Assembly (NCBI GenBank): GCA_963674695.2
Contig: CAXXGI010000002.1
Location: forward strand, 832,001 to 896,000
Direction of reading: 5' to 3'
From: a bacterium
Lineage (GTDB): Bacteria > UBA10199 > 2-02-FULL-44-16 > JAAZCA01
Length of the DNA: 64,000 nt
Shown piece by piece: positions 26,832-37,290 of this stretch. Made by a program: the position numbers and the translations under genes. Below the pieces are notes generated by a model that was not told the origin of the DNA, did no database searches, and worked only from the letters and a program-made list of their open reading frames with translations. How positions within the stretch are numbered: the stretch's first letter is position 1; each line of letters begins with the position of its first letter.

Positions 26832-29800
26832 ATGATTGTTCGTCTTCTGAAGTGTCGTTACGGAAAACTCCTTTCAATTGTCATCATCACCGCGTTTGTT
26901 GCTCAACCCGCCTTTGCTGGAATTACGACGAAGGGCACCGCAGTTAAACGTGCACGATCCACAATCATCAAAGCCAATTCCAAACCATCCTTTCGGGAGC
27001 CAGACGGCATCATCCGCTCGGATTGCGACCTGAAGGGGTTGTATCTGTCGCTCCTGTCGGATCTTGAACAAAAGCTGCGGCAGGAAGGTGCTGACTCCGG
27101 CTATGGGCTACCGTATGTGACATGTGCATCGGAACTGAAGGCGGTGCATGAGTCGGTCGATGATGACACGTCAGCGTTTATGGCCGATTTGAGCAATCAG
27201 TGTACTCTGCTCGATACGTGTACAGGAGCGAATTCGTATCTGCTGCAGTCAGAGCCACGTGTAAGCGAGCGGCGATCCTGTATGTCATTGTACGATGACT
27301 ACATGCATAACCAGGAGATGGTGGCACGTTTGAATGCGTTCACTCATGATATTCAGGTTGCCCTCAAGGAGAAGCTCTCCTCCGTTTCCCTTGGATATGG
27401 GAGCTGCAATGTTGTCCGCGACAGCTTCATTGCTCGCGAAGTGACGGTGCGTTCCATTCAGCAGCGTTTGCAGGATCGACAAGCCATCTGCACTGAGGAA
27501 AACCTTCTTTCCCGGGAATGGCATTATCGCAACTCGTGTCGGTACTCATGTGATAATCGAATCTGGCGAGATCACGTGGATACGAGGGTAAGAGAGATGT
27601 GTGCTCCGGAAAGGCAGTGCCGAAAAGAGTGGAACAAGATCGTGTGTACATATGATTGGTACTATATTCCCGGTGAAGAATCGTCGAACACGGTCGTATT
27701 GGATAATGGCCAGGCGGGTTTGATTCGAGAGGCAGAAGAACCTGCGTCGGATGAGAAGAAAATGGAAGTACCTCCTGAAGTGAGAGCGAAGCAGTGCAAG
27801 GAATTGCTCGAACGCGCCAAGGCGAGATTGATGATGCAGATATCAAGCGAACCGAATCCAGCGGATGTCATCGGTGCATGGACGTATTCGGGCCTCACTG
27901 ACGGGACGAAGAAGGTCGTGAGGGGTGCATTGCGTGCACTGAATCAGGCTATTCATGTGTTGGATGAGCAGGATCCACGGTACGATTTCAATCTGATTCG
28001 TGAGTCCCGGATGTATGCGCGCTATCGCTCCGTGTTGGGCAGCGATGTCCAGCTTGTTCCCGCGGATATGGCATCCGCAATCGTGAGGGCTGTCGTGAGA
28101 AAATCGTATCTCAATCGGTACGCGCAGATCCCCGTGGAGCGTTCGGAAGCCAAAGTTGAACAATATCGAGCTCACATCAACGATGAAGTGTTCTCGGTTA
28201 TCGTCTCTGATCTCGTTTTGGGATTCATTCCAAATGATGCGCTGACGCTGCTGACCGGTGTGCAGGATGAATGCCCTAGAAGTATGGTGGTGGATGGTGT
28301 CTGCTCTTCGGTGTCGTTCGATGGGAATGAAACGACGGGGCTGAAGGGCTTTGTTGAATCGGTGCGGCTGGGACGCGCGAAGGAGTGGTGGAAGGCGGCT
28401 TACATCAGGTGGATCAACAAGAAGGGCGTTTCGGTTGGTCGGGGGCCGTTCGATGCCGGGGGGCAGCTGCGGCGAAAATATGATCTGATCGCCGAAAGGG
28501 TGTATCGATCATTCCATGTGGGTGCGGGTGATGGTGCGACTGCAAGAGGTGATGCACAGGAAGGATTCTATCACGTCGAGCGGTTTTCAGATGTCATTAT
28601 TCTCTCTCCCATCAATCATATGTCGGCAGAAGCCATATCATATTTCAACGATCATATGGAGGATTGGAAGCGGTTCCCCGAACTCTGGGAAAAGCTCAGG
28701 ATGATCCTGTGTGGTGAGGTCGACAGGCAAAGGCCGACGCTCGATTCCGAGACAGAATTCGTGAGCGATGGTTCGCATAGGGCCGATTCTCGGTTTCGGG
28801 TGGTTGCTTCGCATATTCTCGATCTCATTATCGCAAATGCATATGCGGAAGAGTCAGAGACGTTTTTGTCTCAACAACAAATCGATATGATAAAGCAGAA
28901 TGCGGGTACGGCGGCGATCAATCTTCGTCTTTTGCGCGAGAGTGGCGCGTTCGGGTCTGCGGATGCAAAGACATTTGTAGACTCTGCTATTGGAGTGTTT
29001 GAGGGAATGGCTGATGGGATCTACGATTATGATTTGGAAAACACCGACATCAAGGATCTTGATGCTGCTCTCGGCATTAACCGGAGTGGTGAGATAACGA
29101 TAGACCCGGAAGCACTGAATGATGAAGACGTGATGACCGGTGTTGCGGCCCATGAACTGGGCCATTCCTATCTGGATGGCGAAGACCATCAGTTCGATTT
29201 CAATATTCAGGCCGTAAAGGAAGGGCTCTGCAATTTATTGGACTTCATCTATCAGCTTGTTTCGACGGGATCGATGTCAAATCGCACGAATGCCGATGCG
29301 CTGGTAAGCGCGCTGCGAAATCCAAACAGTTCCATCTATGATCTGTTGGCGTGGTCAATGACAGACTATTATAGAACATCGGCCGTTGACTTCGAGAGTG
29401 CGCGAGAAGCGGCTCTTCAAGGATTCCCTCAAGTCAAACCGGATACGGTATATGATGACCCTGCAACTGATGATCAGAAAAAGTATAATGAACAGCTCGA
29501 GCATCAAGTGGAGCCTCCTGACTATACCGATCCAGATGATGTCGAGCCGTCTGATGGAGGAAAAAAGCCGGTAAAGCTGTCTGACGGAAGGGTGGCGTTT
29601 GCGGATGATGACGCAACGGAATGGACGCCAAGATGTGTCATCAGTTTTGACGAACAGCTTCTCGAGGGGGAGATCGATCGCGATGATTCTCAAGAGCGAA
29701 TGGACCGGGAGATGAATCCGGAAGAAATGCCGGAAGGTCTGGACGATCCCCACCGGCGTCCGGATGCAGGCGCCAAGGACCCGTTTGGCGGTGCAGATCC

Positions 29801-30470
29801 GCATGATCGACGGGCGCCGGATGAAGACAAGGGTGACAACCGAGATGATGGGCGTGGGGGAAAGAGAGAGCATCATTCGAGCTATGTTCCAAACACCGGA
29901 AATAGCGGTGGCGGTGGTGGTGATGGTGCTCCGGGAAGTACGTCGCCGAGCGGTTCCGTTCATCATGACAATAATGGCGATACCGATAAAGATGATGATG
30001 CAAACGGCGACAATTCGAATGGCAGCTCTGGGGGCGATTCGTTGGATACTGCTTCAGCAACAGTTGAGACCATCTATCCTGATGGAACGACACATATCGA
30101 TGTTATCCCCCCGAGTGATGATGGCGATGACGATGATGATCCGGATGGTTCCGGCCATGGTGTTCCGGGGAGCAATCCGGATCCCTGGGGACCGAACTCC
30201 AACATGGACAGGGGTGATTTTCTCGGAACCGTCTATGTTCCCACCAACGATGGCGATGGAGATGATGGTGGGGGTTATGATCCGGGGGTATTTATCGAAT
30301 CTCTGGGAGGGTATTTTTATCCGGCGGATCCGGATGAGGATTTTGGAGACTTTGGCGGCGGTGTGTTCATTCAGATCGGTCGTGAACTCGTTCCGGCAGA
30401 CCCCACCGACGACGATGGAGGTGGGGTCGATGGCGGCGTGTTTCACGGTTCAGCGCGTACCGCTCAGTAG
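26832..30470 (+). CDS. Large secreted orphan protein: Cys-rich N-terminus, HEXXH..E metallopeptidase-like motif, Asp/Gly-rich repetitive tail
   Basis: Signal peptide ..AFVAQPAFA; VAAHELGHSY..KEGLC; tail repeats (V/F)xPxD..D.GGG..GVF. Confidence 0.75.
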   Translation: MIVRLLKCRYGKLLSIVIITAFVAQPAFAGITTKGTAVKRARSTIIKANSKPSFREPDGIIRSDCDLKGLYLSLLSDLEQKLRQEGADSGYGLPYVTCASELKAVHESVDDDTSAFMADLSNQCTLLDTCTGANSYLLQSEPRVSERRSCMSLYDDYMHNQEMVARLNAFTHDIQVALKEKLSSVSLGYGSCNVVRDSFIAREVTVRSIQQRLQDRQAICTEENLLSREWHYRNSCRYSCDNRIWRDHVDTRVREMCAPERQCRKEWNKIVCTYDWYYIPGEESSNTVVLDNGQAGLIREAEEPASDEKKMEVPPEVRAKQCKELLERAKARLMMQISSEPNPADVIGAWTYSGLTDGTKKVVRGALRALNQAIHVLDEQDPRYDFNLIRESRMYARYRSVLGSDVQLVPADMASAIVRAVVRKSYLNRYAQIPVERSEAKVEQYRAHINDEVFSVIVSDLVLGFIPNDALTLLTGVQDECPRSMVVDGVCSSVSFDGNETTGLKGFVESVRLGRAKEWWKAAYIRWINKKGVSVGRGPFDAGGQLRRKYDLIAERVYRSFHVGAGDGATARGDAQEGFYHVERFSDVIILSPINHMSAEAISYFNDHMEDWKRFPELWEKLRMILCGEVDRQRPTLDSETEFVSDGSHRADSRFRVVASHILDLIIANAYAEESETFLSQQQIDMIKQNAGTAAINLRLLRESGAFGSADAKTFVDSAIGVFEGMADGIYDYDLENTDIKDLDAALGINRSGEITIDPEALNDEDVMTGVAAHELGHSYLDGEDHQFDFNIQAVKEGLCNLLDFIYQLVSTGSMSNRTNADALVSALRNPNSSIYDLLAWSMTDYYRTSAVDFESAREAALQGFPQVKPDTVYDDPATDDQKKYNEQLEHQVEPPDYTDPDDVEPSDGGKKPVKLSDGRVAFADDDATEWTPRCVISFDEQLLEGEIDRDDSQERMDREMNPEEMPEGLDDPHRRPDAGAKDPFGGADPHDRRAPDEDKGDNRDDGRGGKREHHSSYVPNTGNSGGGGGDGAPGSTSPSGSVHHDNNGDTDKDDDANGDNSNGSSGGDSLDTASATVETIYPDGTTHIDVIPPSDDGDDDDDPDGSGHGVPGSNPDPWGPNSNMDRGDFLGTVYVPTNDGDGDDGGGYDPGVFIESLGGYFYPADPDEDFGDFGGGVFIQIGRELVPADPTDDDGGGVDGGVFHGSARTAQ

Positions 30471-30664
30471 GGGGGCAAAGGCGGTTTGGCGTCGAAATTG
30501 AGGGAGATAATCATAATCAAAATGCTTGCCAGGGGAGGGGGGTCCTCACCCCCTGGCCGCAGAGGCCCTGTGATCGCTGAATAAACGGGGTGTCGCTATT
30601 CTCTTCGTGAGGAGCGTTTCAACCCGTTTTTCCGTGTGCTATAATAACGCCATTGGAGGGGGGG

Positions 30665-33286
30665 ATGCGCACACGAAATCTATCCATCATATGTTTCTTC
30701 CTTCTGTTCCTCGCCTCCTGTGGGACCGGGCCGATGGAGCCCTCCGAAGGGGAGACGACGGTCACGATTGGTGCCGGTCAATCGCTCGGCGGTGGAAGCG
30801 CTGGGCTCTCTGCTGAAGTCGATGTCAATTCCAGTTTTACCGCAACGTTCTCTGCGCCGGTCGATATCTCGACGGTTCATGCCGGGACGTTTTTTGTCAT
30901 GCAGGCGGCCAGTGCCGGTGCTTCGGTAAAGGCGATGAGCGTATCGTGTGACCCCGCGCTCGCGATTGAAGGGGTGGTCACCTGTGCAGACGATGCGCTT
31001 TCCTGTACGCTCGATCCGAGTGATGCGCTGAGCGCTTCGGCCGATCACCATTGTTGCCTGACCTCCGACATCCGTTTCCAAAACCCTTCGGTCTTCGGAT
31101 ATTTTGACGGCGTGTCGATGAGCTTTCGAACGGCTGCTGCACAGGAGGAAGAGGAGGACGCGGATGAGACGGCGCCTACGGTCGCAGATGGCAGTGTTGC
31201 GGCGAGCAATCCGAGCACCACGACGATGGATCTGGCCTGGGTTGCCGCGAGCGACGACATAACAGCGTCAGCGGATTTGCTCTACCTCGTGTCGTATTCG
31301 GAGACCGCTTCGCTCGATACGCTTGCCGATATCGAGGCCAACGGGACGGCGTTCGGAGTGTTCGCAGCGGGGGTGACCTCGACGACCGTCACAGGGCTCA
31401 TTCAGAACACGGCCTATACCTTCAACGTCGTCGTCAAAGATGAGGCGGGAAACAAAGCGATCTACACGCCGGCGACCGGAACGACCCAGCGGGATACGAC
31501 TGGCGGGCCGAGCATTACGAACGGTACCATCGCTGCTTCGGGTGCGACGATGACGAGCATCGATCTGGCCTGGAGCGCCGCGACGGATGATTTTGATGCG
31601 GCCGGCGATCTGCTCTATCGCGTCTATCATTCGACGAGCAACGATCTCGACTCCGTTGCGAACATCGAGGCTAATGGAACGGCGTTTGGCGCAACGGCTG
31701 CGGGGCTGACCGGAACGACGGTTACGGGGCTCTCCTCCGGCACGACCTATTTCTTCAATGTGATCGTCGAGGACTCCGACGGCAACAAGGCCAGCTACAC
31801 GACGGTTTCCGAAGAGACGTTGGGTGATACAACGGCCCCGACGCTCGGATCCGGGATCTCCTTTTCGCTCGCGTCGCCGGTCGGCACGCAGGTGAGCTGG
31901 GGTGCAGCGACCGACGGCGTGTCGGATGCATCCGCCCTCCAGTATAAAGTGGTTCGCGCTGCGACCAGTGCCGAGATCGATTCGGTGGCTGAGGCCGATG
32001 CCATTACGGGCGAAGACCTCATTATGAATTGGGCGGCGAATGTGACCGGCGATTATGCCCTCGCGGAGCAGGGATCGCAGGAGTTCTTTGCGGTGCTGGT
32101 CAAAGATGAAGCGGACAATAAGGCGCTCTACGAACCCGAGCAGCCCTCCGCCCTCCCGACGAGCAAAAAGAAAGGGCTCATTCCGCTCTCCGACGGGAGC
32201 ATCATCGTCCTGTATCTGGACAACGACGACAATCGCTATCTCAAATCGATCGTCTTCGATTCACACGGCGATTATGTAAATGGTCCCACGGTTGTCGATA
32301 GCGATGGCGTCGGCGAGGGACAGTGGGGGACCGGTGGTAAGATATCGGGTCTTGAGCTCAGCAATGGCAATATTGTGGTCGCCTACAGCGACGACCACAA
32401 GACGTGGTGGGGCGGTTTTATCGGTGTTGGATACTACATCCATCTCAACGACGATGGAGAAGCGACAACGGCGCATCACCAGTATGAGTCCTATGATCCC
32501 GACGGGGCGTCGGAATTCATATCGATCGCCGAAATCGGCTCCGGCGATATCCTCATCGTCAATTCCGTCGTGGTCGATGGTGGTAACAACCAGACTGGCT
32601 GGACCTCCCAGGCGCCTCGTGCCTATGCCTATAATCCCGTCACCAATGCCGTTCTGTATGATGGGGATACGGAAGCGGTGCTTGATGCGAGTGTGACCCA
32701 TGGCACCGCGGTCTGTCCGGTGGGTAACGACGGGGATGCTCTTGTGCTCTACGCGACGAATGCCAACCGGGGATACTATCGCATCTATGACGAGTCCACG
32801 GCTTCCATGGGTGGGGCGACGACCTACACCACGGGCGGTGTGTCGATGGCGGCCAAGTGCCTGACGCTGAACAACGCGAACAGCGATGCCCTGGTGCTCT
32901 TTTCCGACTCGGATGACAGCAAGAAGGGAAAACTCTTTACGGTCGACAGCAGCGGCAACAAGTCGGCGAATACCACGTTTCAGGACACCTATCCGATACA
33001 GATCATCTGGTCGGATTCGATCTCCGCGTTCATCCTGCAGGAAGGGCCGCTTGCCGGAAATATCTTTGTCGCATTCTCGGCGTCCGCCGATGGAGAGGTG
33101 ACCTGGAACGGCTACTACATGGTGATCGATACCGATGGCACCACCGTGACTGCCCCGACGCTTTTCAAGACCGGCGTCGTCGATGGATGCGGTGCTGCAG
33201 ATATCGTTGCCGGAGAGATGTCGGAGGGGCGCGTCGCTATCATTCATAAGGTGGGTCTTGCCGTTGTCACACCCGTTGCGGATTGA
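30665..33286 (+). CDS. Surface lipoprotein: Ig-like (Big_5) domain, three FN3-like repeats, beta-rich C-terminus
   Basis: Lipobox LASC; [11 protein letters not shown]; repeats D.TAPT..LAW.AA.DD..L.Y.V..FNV.V.D..GNKA.Y. Confidence 0.8.
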   Translation: MRTRNLSIICFFLLFLASCGTGPMEPSEGETTVTIGAGQSLGGGSAGLSAEVDVNSSFTATFSAPVDISTVHAGTFFVMQAASAGASVKAMSVSCDPALAIEGVVTCADDALSCTLDPSDALSASADHHCCLTSDIRFQNPSVFGYFDGVSMSFRTAAAQEEEEDADETAPTVADGSVAASNPSTTTMDLAWVAASDDITASADLLYLVSYSETASLDTLADIEANGTAFGVFAAGVTSTTVTGLIQNTAYTFNVVVKDEAGNKAIYTPATGTTQRDTTGGPSITNGTIAASGATMTSIDLAWSAATDDFDAAGDLLYRVYHSTSNDLDSVANIEANGTAFGATAAGLTGTTVTGLSSGTTYFFNVIVEDSDGNKASYTTVSEETLGDTTAPTLGSGISFSLASPVGTQVSWGAATDGVSDASALQYKVVRAATSAEIDSVAEADAITGEDLIMNWAANVTGDYALAEQGSQEFFAVLVKDEADNKALYEPEQPSALPTSKKKGLIPLSDGSIIVLYLDNDDNRYLKSIVFDSHGDYVNGPTVVDSDGVGEGQWGTGGKISGLELSNGNIVVAYSDDHKTWWGGFIGVGYYIHLNDDGEATTAHHQYESYDPDGASEFISIAEIGSGDILIVNSVVVDGGNNQTGWTSQAPRAYAYNPVTNAVLYDGDTEAVLDASVTHGTAVCPVGNDGDALVLYATNANRGYYRIYDESTASMGGATTYTTGGVSMAAKCLTLNNANSDALVLFSDSDDSKKGKLFTVDSSGNKSANTTFQDTYPIQIIWSDSISAFILQEGPLAGNIFVAFSASADGEVTWNGYYMVIDTDGTTVTAPTLFKTGVVDGCGAADIVAGEMSEGRVAIIHKVGLAVVTPVAD

Positions 33287-33324
33287 ACACCGTACAGGAT
33301 GATCTGACGGGAAAGGGAGGCCAG

Positions 33325-34464
33325 ATGAAATGTTCTATTGTGAAGCGGAAATGGATGGTGGTCACGCTGTGTATTCTCTTCTGCGGTGTTGGGTGCGGTT
33401 CTCCCGGCAGTACGGCCCCCGCAGCATCCGAGGACGACTTTGATGTCGCAACCGCCGCCGAGCAGCAGACACGGGACGCAGCGCTGAGACTGCTCTTTAC
33501 CGAGGACATGTACAACACGATCACTGCAGAATCCCGCGACAATCCGAACTGCAAGGAAGCCAATCGGGTCGCATTGGGGCTTTCCGAACTTCCGAACGGT
33601 CAGTGGTACTATACCTACGACAATCTGATCGCGGGGATGGCGGAGATGGAGGAATTTGCCAGCGAAGGGGCGGATGAAAACACCAACAAACTTGAGATCG
33701 CGGCATTTCTGGCCAATATTGCGCAGGAGACCGGGGGAAAGATGCCCGACGATCCGTATGGAAGCCCCGGCTGTTTTATCCAGGAACGCGATGCATACGG
33801 GAGTACAGGCTACAACAGTGCAGCGTGTGGTGTTTCGTATACCTGTTCGGCGGCTGGATACGGGGGTCGCGGGCCGCATCAGCTCTCCTGGGATAGTAAT
33901 TATCTGCACTTCGGTGAAGCGATGGGGGTCGGGCTCCAGTATGTGACCGATCCCGATATTCTTACAAAAGATCCTGAGATCGGCATCGCCGGATCGATAT
34001 GGTTCTGGGGACATGCAGAGCTCAACGACGATTGGCCTGCTGGTATTCCGTACAAGCCGTCGGCGCACAACGTGATCATCGGGCAGTGGACGCCGACGGA
34101 TGATGATGAATCCTGCGGGAGGACAACGGCCAACCTCGGCGTCATCACGAATATCATCAACGGCGGTCTCGAGTGTGGCACGCGGGCGACGGCCGAAGGG
34201 CGAACGAACGCCGCAAACCGCGTGCGCTTTTTCGAAGCGATCACCGCCGTGATGGGGGTGACGATTCCGGAGAGCTGGGCCGACGATTGCGAGGGGCAGC
34301 AGGATTTTGAGGAATGCCCATCGTACAGGAGCCCCACCTCGCGCTGTGGCGCCGGTTGGAAGGACGCGCAGTCAAAGTGCGGAACCTACTGCATCGGCGA
34401 TTCCCATTGTCCCACCGGCGAGACCTGTTTCGGGAGCCTCGAGATCAGCCCCTGCCCGGAGTGA
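33325..34464 (+). CDS. GH19 chitinase lipoprotein with C-terminal Cys-rich module
   Basis: [57 protein letters not shown]; lipobox-like GVGC. Confidence 0.92.
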   Translation: MKCSIVKRKWMVVTLCILFCGVGCGSPGSTAPAASEDDFDVATAAEQQTRDAALRLLFTEDMYNTITAESRDNPNCKEANRVALGLSELPNGQWYYTYDNLIAGMAEMEEFASEGADENTNKLEIAAFLANIAQETGGKMPDDPYGSPGCFIQERDAYGSTGYNSAACGVSYTCSAAGYGGRGPHQLSWDSNYLHFGEAMGVGLQYVTDPDILTKDPEIGIAGSIWFWGHAELNDDWPAGIPYKPSAHNVIIGQWTPTDDDESCGRTTANLGVITNIINGGLECGTRATAEGRTNAANRVRFFEAITAVMGVTIPESWADDCEGQQDFEECPSYRSPTSRCGAGWKDAQSKCGTYCIGDSHCPTGETCFGSLEISPCPE

Positions 34465-34482
34465 AGAGACACTCTCTCTGCG

Positions 34483-37203
34483 TTATGACCACCTCTGATG
34501 GCGGCGTCTGTACACGCCGATCCCGCCGCATACGACGACGAGCATCAATAGCATAAGAAGAGCCGTTTCCGATGACGCATGCGCCTGCAGCGAGCAGCCG
34601 GAGGGGTTCGCGCCGGTGCCTTTGAGCGAGATCGCCTGCGGGCTGTCGTGGGCATCATTGTAGACCATGATGTTCGCCAGTTTTTGGCCGGACGATACGG
34701 GTTTGAAGACCGCATTGATGAGGCAGGAGGCGCCGACGTCGAGCGAGCGGCTGTTGCAATTCGTGTCGATGCTGAAACTGCTCGCTTCGCTGCCGGCGAG
34801 CGAGACCGCCCCGATGGTGGCGGCGTCGCTTCCGGCGTTGGTCAGGATGATGCTCTGCACATCGCTCTCCGCTTCCGTCGATATCGTTCCGAAATCGATG
34901 AGCGATGCGGAAAAGCTGATATCGATGTCGCCCGCATGCGATGCGGTGCCGCTGAGATACGCCTTCTGATAGCGGCTGGGGGTGTTGTCGATGACGGTGA
35001 TATACCCCGAGAATGCGCCCGACGCCTGTGGGCTGAACGTTCCGTTGATCGTGCAGGTCTCACCCGACGAGAGGGTTCCGGGGCAATCGTTGGTCTGAGC
35101 GAATTCGCTGTTGGCGTCGATCCCGGTTATCGTCACGTCGACCACGCCGGTGTTCTTGAGCGTGAATGCCTTTGCGTCGCTCGTGTCGCCTACGAGGATC
35201 TGGCCAAAGTCCCAGGTCTTCGGCGCGAGGTCCAGGTCGGGATATTGGGGATCGAGACCGCTGCCGCTCAGGTCGATGTTGTGCGGGCTTCCCGCCACGC
35301 TGTCGCTGATCGTGATCTGCGCGGTGACCACATCCGCTGCCGTGGGCGTGAAGGTGATATTGATGGTGCAGAAGTCTGCGGGCGCAAGCGTCGCGGGGCA
35401 GTCGTTGGTCTGCGCGAAGACCGCATTCGATGATGCAATGCTCTCGATCGTGATCGCGTCGTTTCCAGAGTTGAGCAGGCGCACATCGTGCACCAACGAT
35501 GAATGACCGATCGTCTGCGGGCCAAAGTCGATCGATGCGGGCACGATGGTGATAACGGAGGAGGTTCCAAAGCCGATCAGGTGTGCCGTGTGCGGGCTGC
35601 CCTCCGCATTATCCACGACCGAAAGCGTGCCGAAGAAATTGCCGGCCGTCATGGGGACGAATGCCGTCTCCACATCGCAGGTCTGTTCTTCAATCAACGT
35701 ATCGGGACATTCGTTCGTCTGCTCGAAGTCGCTGTTGACGGTGATCGCGCTGAGCGTCAAATTGCCCTCGCCGGTGTTCTTGATCGTGAAAGTCTGCGTC
35801 TCGCTCACCTGTCCCGCCGGTGTCTTGCCGAAGTCGTAGAGCGGCGGCGAGATGTCGACGTCGGGACCCGTGATGCCGTTGCCGAAGAGAAAGACCCTGG
35901 CCGGGCTGCTCGGGTCATCGGTGGTCACGCTGATCGTGGCGGATGACGCGCCCGTCGCCGTTGGGGTGAAGATGACCTGGATGATGCATTCCTCTTTGGG
36001 GTCGAGGGTCGTGCCGCACGTGTTGCTCTGGGCATAGAGCGTTGAAGACGAGCTGATGTCGGTGATCGTCAGCACCGAGGTCCCGCTGTTGAGGAGGACG
36101 ATCTCCTGCGCGAGGCTCGATCGATCGATGGTCTGATTGCCGAAGTCGATCAAACTCGGGATAACGCTGGCGTTGGGGGAGACCCCTTTGCCCTTGAGGG
36201 TGATCGTCTGCGGACTGTCGGTGGCGGTGTCGACCAGGGTGATCGTTCCCTCGAAGGAACTGGCGGTCGTCGGTTCAAAGGTTGCGGAGATCGTGCAGGT
36301 CTCCTCCGGCGCGAGGGTGGCGGGGCAATCGTTGGTCTGCGTAAACGGGGCGCCGCTGGCGGTGATCGAGGTGATTGCCAAGTTGACCGTTCCGGTGCTC
36401 GTGATCGTGATCGTTTCGGTGGTCTGGCTGTCGAGCGTCTGCTCGCCGTAATTGATCACCGTCTTCTCGATATTGATATCGGCGCTGCCGGCAGCGATGC
36501 CGGTTCCGGAGAGGCTGATCTGCTGCGGGCTGGTCGAGGCGTCGTCGACGATCTCCAGCGTGGAGATATAGTCTTCTGCCTCGGTCGGTTCGAAGTAGAC
36601 CAGAATGCCGCAATAATTTCCCGCCGCAAGCGAGGTGCCGCAGTCGTTTTCCGTGCTGAAACCGCTACCGAGCGGGACGCTCATGCTGGAGATGGTGAGC
36701 GCATCCGTTCCGATGTTCTCCATCTTCACGTACTGGCGGTGGCTGGTATCGACGGTCTGATCGCCGAAGGCGATGTCATCCGTGGAGAGCCGAACGATCG
36801 GAAAGATGGACAGGCCATAGACGCGTGCCGTTCGTTTGTGTTCCTTCGAAAATCCCCAATAGGTATAGACGGCGTTGGCAACGGTGGAATAGCCCCCGCC
36901 GTCCTGGGGATGGAAGGTGACGGGCATGTCGCACGATTGTCCCGCACTGAGCGTTTTTCCGAGACAGGCGCTGGTGTCGAGCGTGAAGTTGTCGGTGCTT
37001 CCGATGCTGACGTTCTTGACCTTGATGGCCAGCAGCAGGTTGGTGTTCTGCAGCGAGAGTGTTCCGCAGTCGCTCTCCTGTCCTTGCCGCGTCTCCGGGC
37101 AGATGAGGAGTGACGGAGAGAGCCGGATGCCCGCATGGGCGGTCAGGCTCAGGCCCAAGGAAGTGATGATAAGGATAACACTTATCGCGAGACGATTGAT
37201 CAT
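34483..37203 (-). CDS. Surface protein with ~8 ASH/HYDIN (choice-of-anchor D) Ig repeats and C-terminal GC-TM-RRR sorting signal
   Basis: Repeats FG.Q..L.N.G..I..F.QTN.C..L....C.I...F.P...G....I.D....PQ.I.L.G.G; ends PSGCSL..hydrophobic..YRRR. Confidence 0.85.
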   Translation of the reverse strand: MINRLAISVILIITSLGLSLTAHAGIRLSPSLLICPETRQGQESDCGTLSLQNTNLLLAIKVKNVSIGSTDNFTLDTSACLGKTLSAGQSCDMPVTFHPQDGGGYSTVANAVYTYWGFSKEHKRTARVYGLSIFPIVRLSTDDIAFGDQTVDTSHRQYVKMENIGTDALTISSMSVPLGSGFSTENDCGTSLAAGNYCGILVYFEPTEAEDYISTLEIVDDASTSPQQISLSGTGIAAGSADINIEKTVINYGEQTLDSQTTETITITSTGTVNLAITSITASGAPFTQTNDCPATLAPEETCTISATFEPTTASSFEGTITLVDTATDSPQTITLKGKGVSPNASVIPSLIDFGNQTIDRSSLAQEIVLLNSGTSVLTITDISSSSTLYAQSNTCGTTLDPKEECIIQVIFTPTATGASSATISVTTDDPSSPARVFLFGNGITGPDVDISPPLYDFGKTPAGQVSETQTFTIKNTGEGNLTLSAITVNSDFEQTNECPDTLIEEQTCDVETAFVPMTAGNFFGTLSVVDNAEGSPHTAHLIGFGTSSVITIVPASIDFGPQTIGHSSLVHDVRLLNSGNDAITIESIASSNAVFAQTNDCPATLAPADFCTINITFTPTAADVVTAQITISDSVAGSPHNIDLSGSGLDPQYPDLDLAPKTWDFGQILVGDTSDAKAFTLKNTGVVDVTITGIDANSEFAQTNDCPGTLSSGETCTINGTFSPQASGAFSGYITVIDNTPSRYQKAYLSGTASHAGDIDISFSASLIDFGTISTEAESDVQSIILTNAGSDAATIGAVSLAGSEASSFSIDTNCNSRSLDVGASCLINAVFKPVSSGQKLANIMVYNDAHDSPQAISLKGTGANPSGCSLQAHASSETALLMLLMLVVVCGGIGVYRRRHQRWS

Positions 37204-37290
37204 GAATTCCCCCCGTGAAATGAATGCCAGACCATCATGTGTATAGGAAGTTTCAGGTGGAAAATCAAACGCAATACTGCTTCCGCGGTC

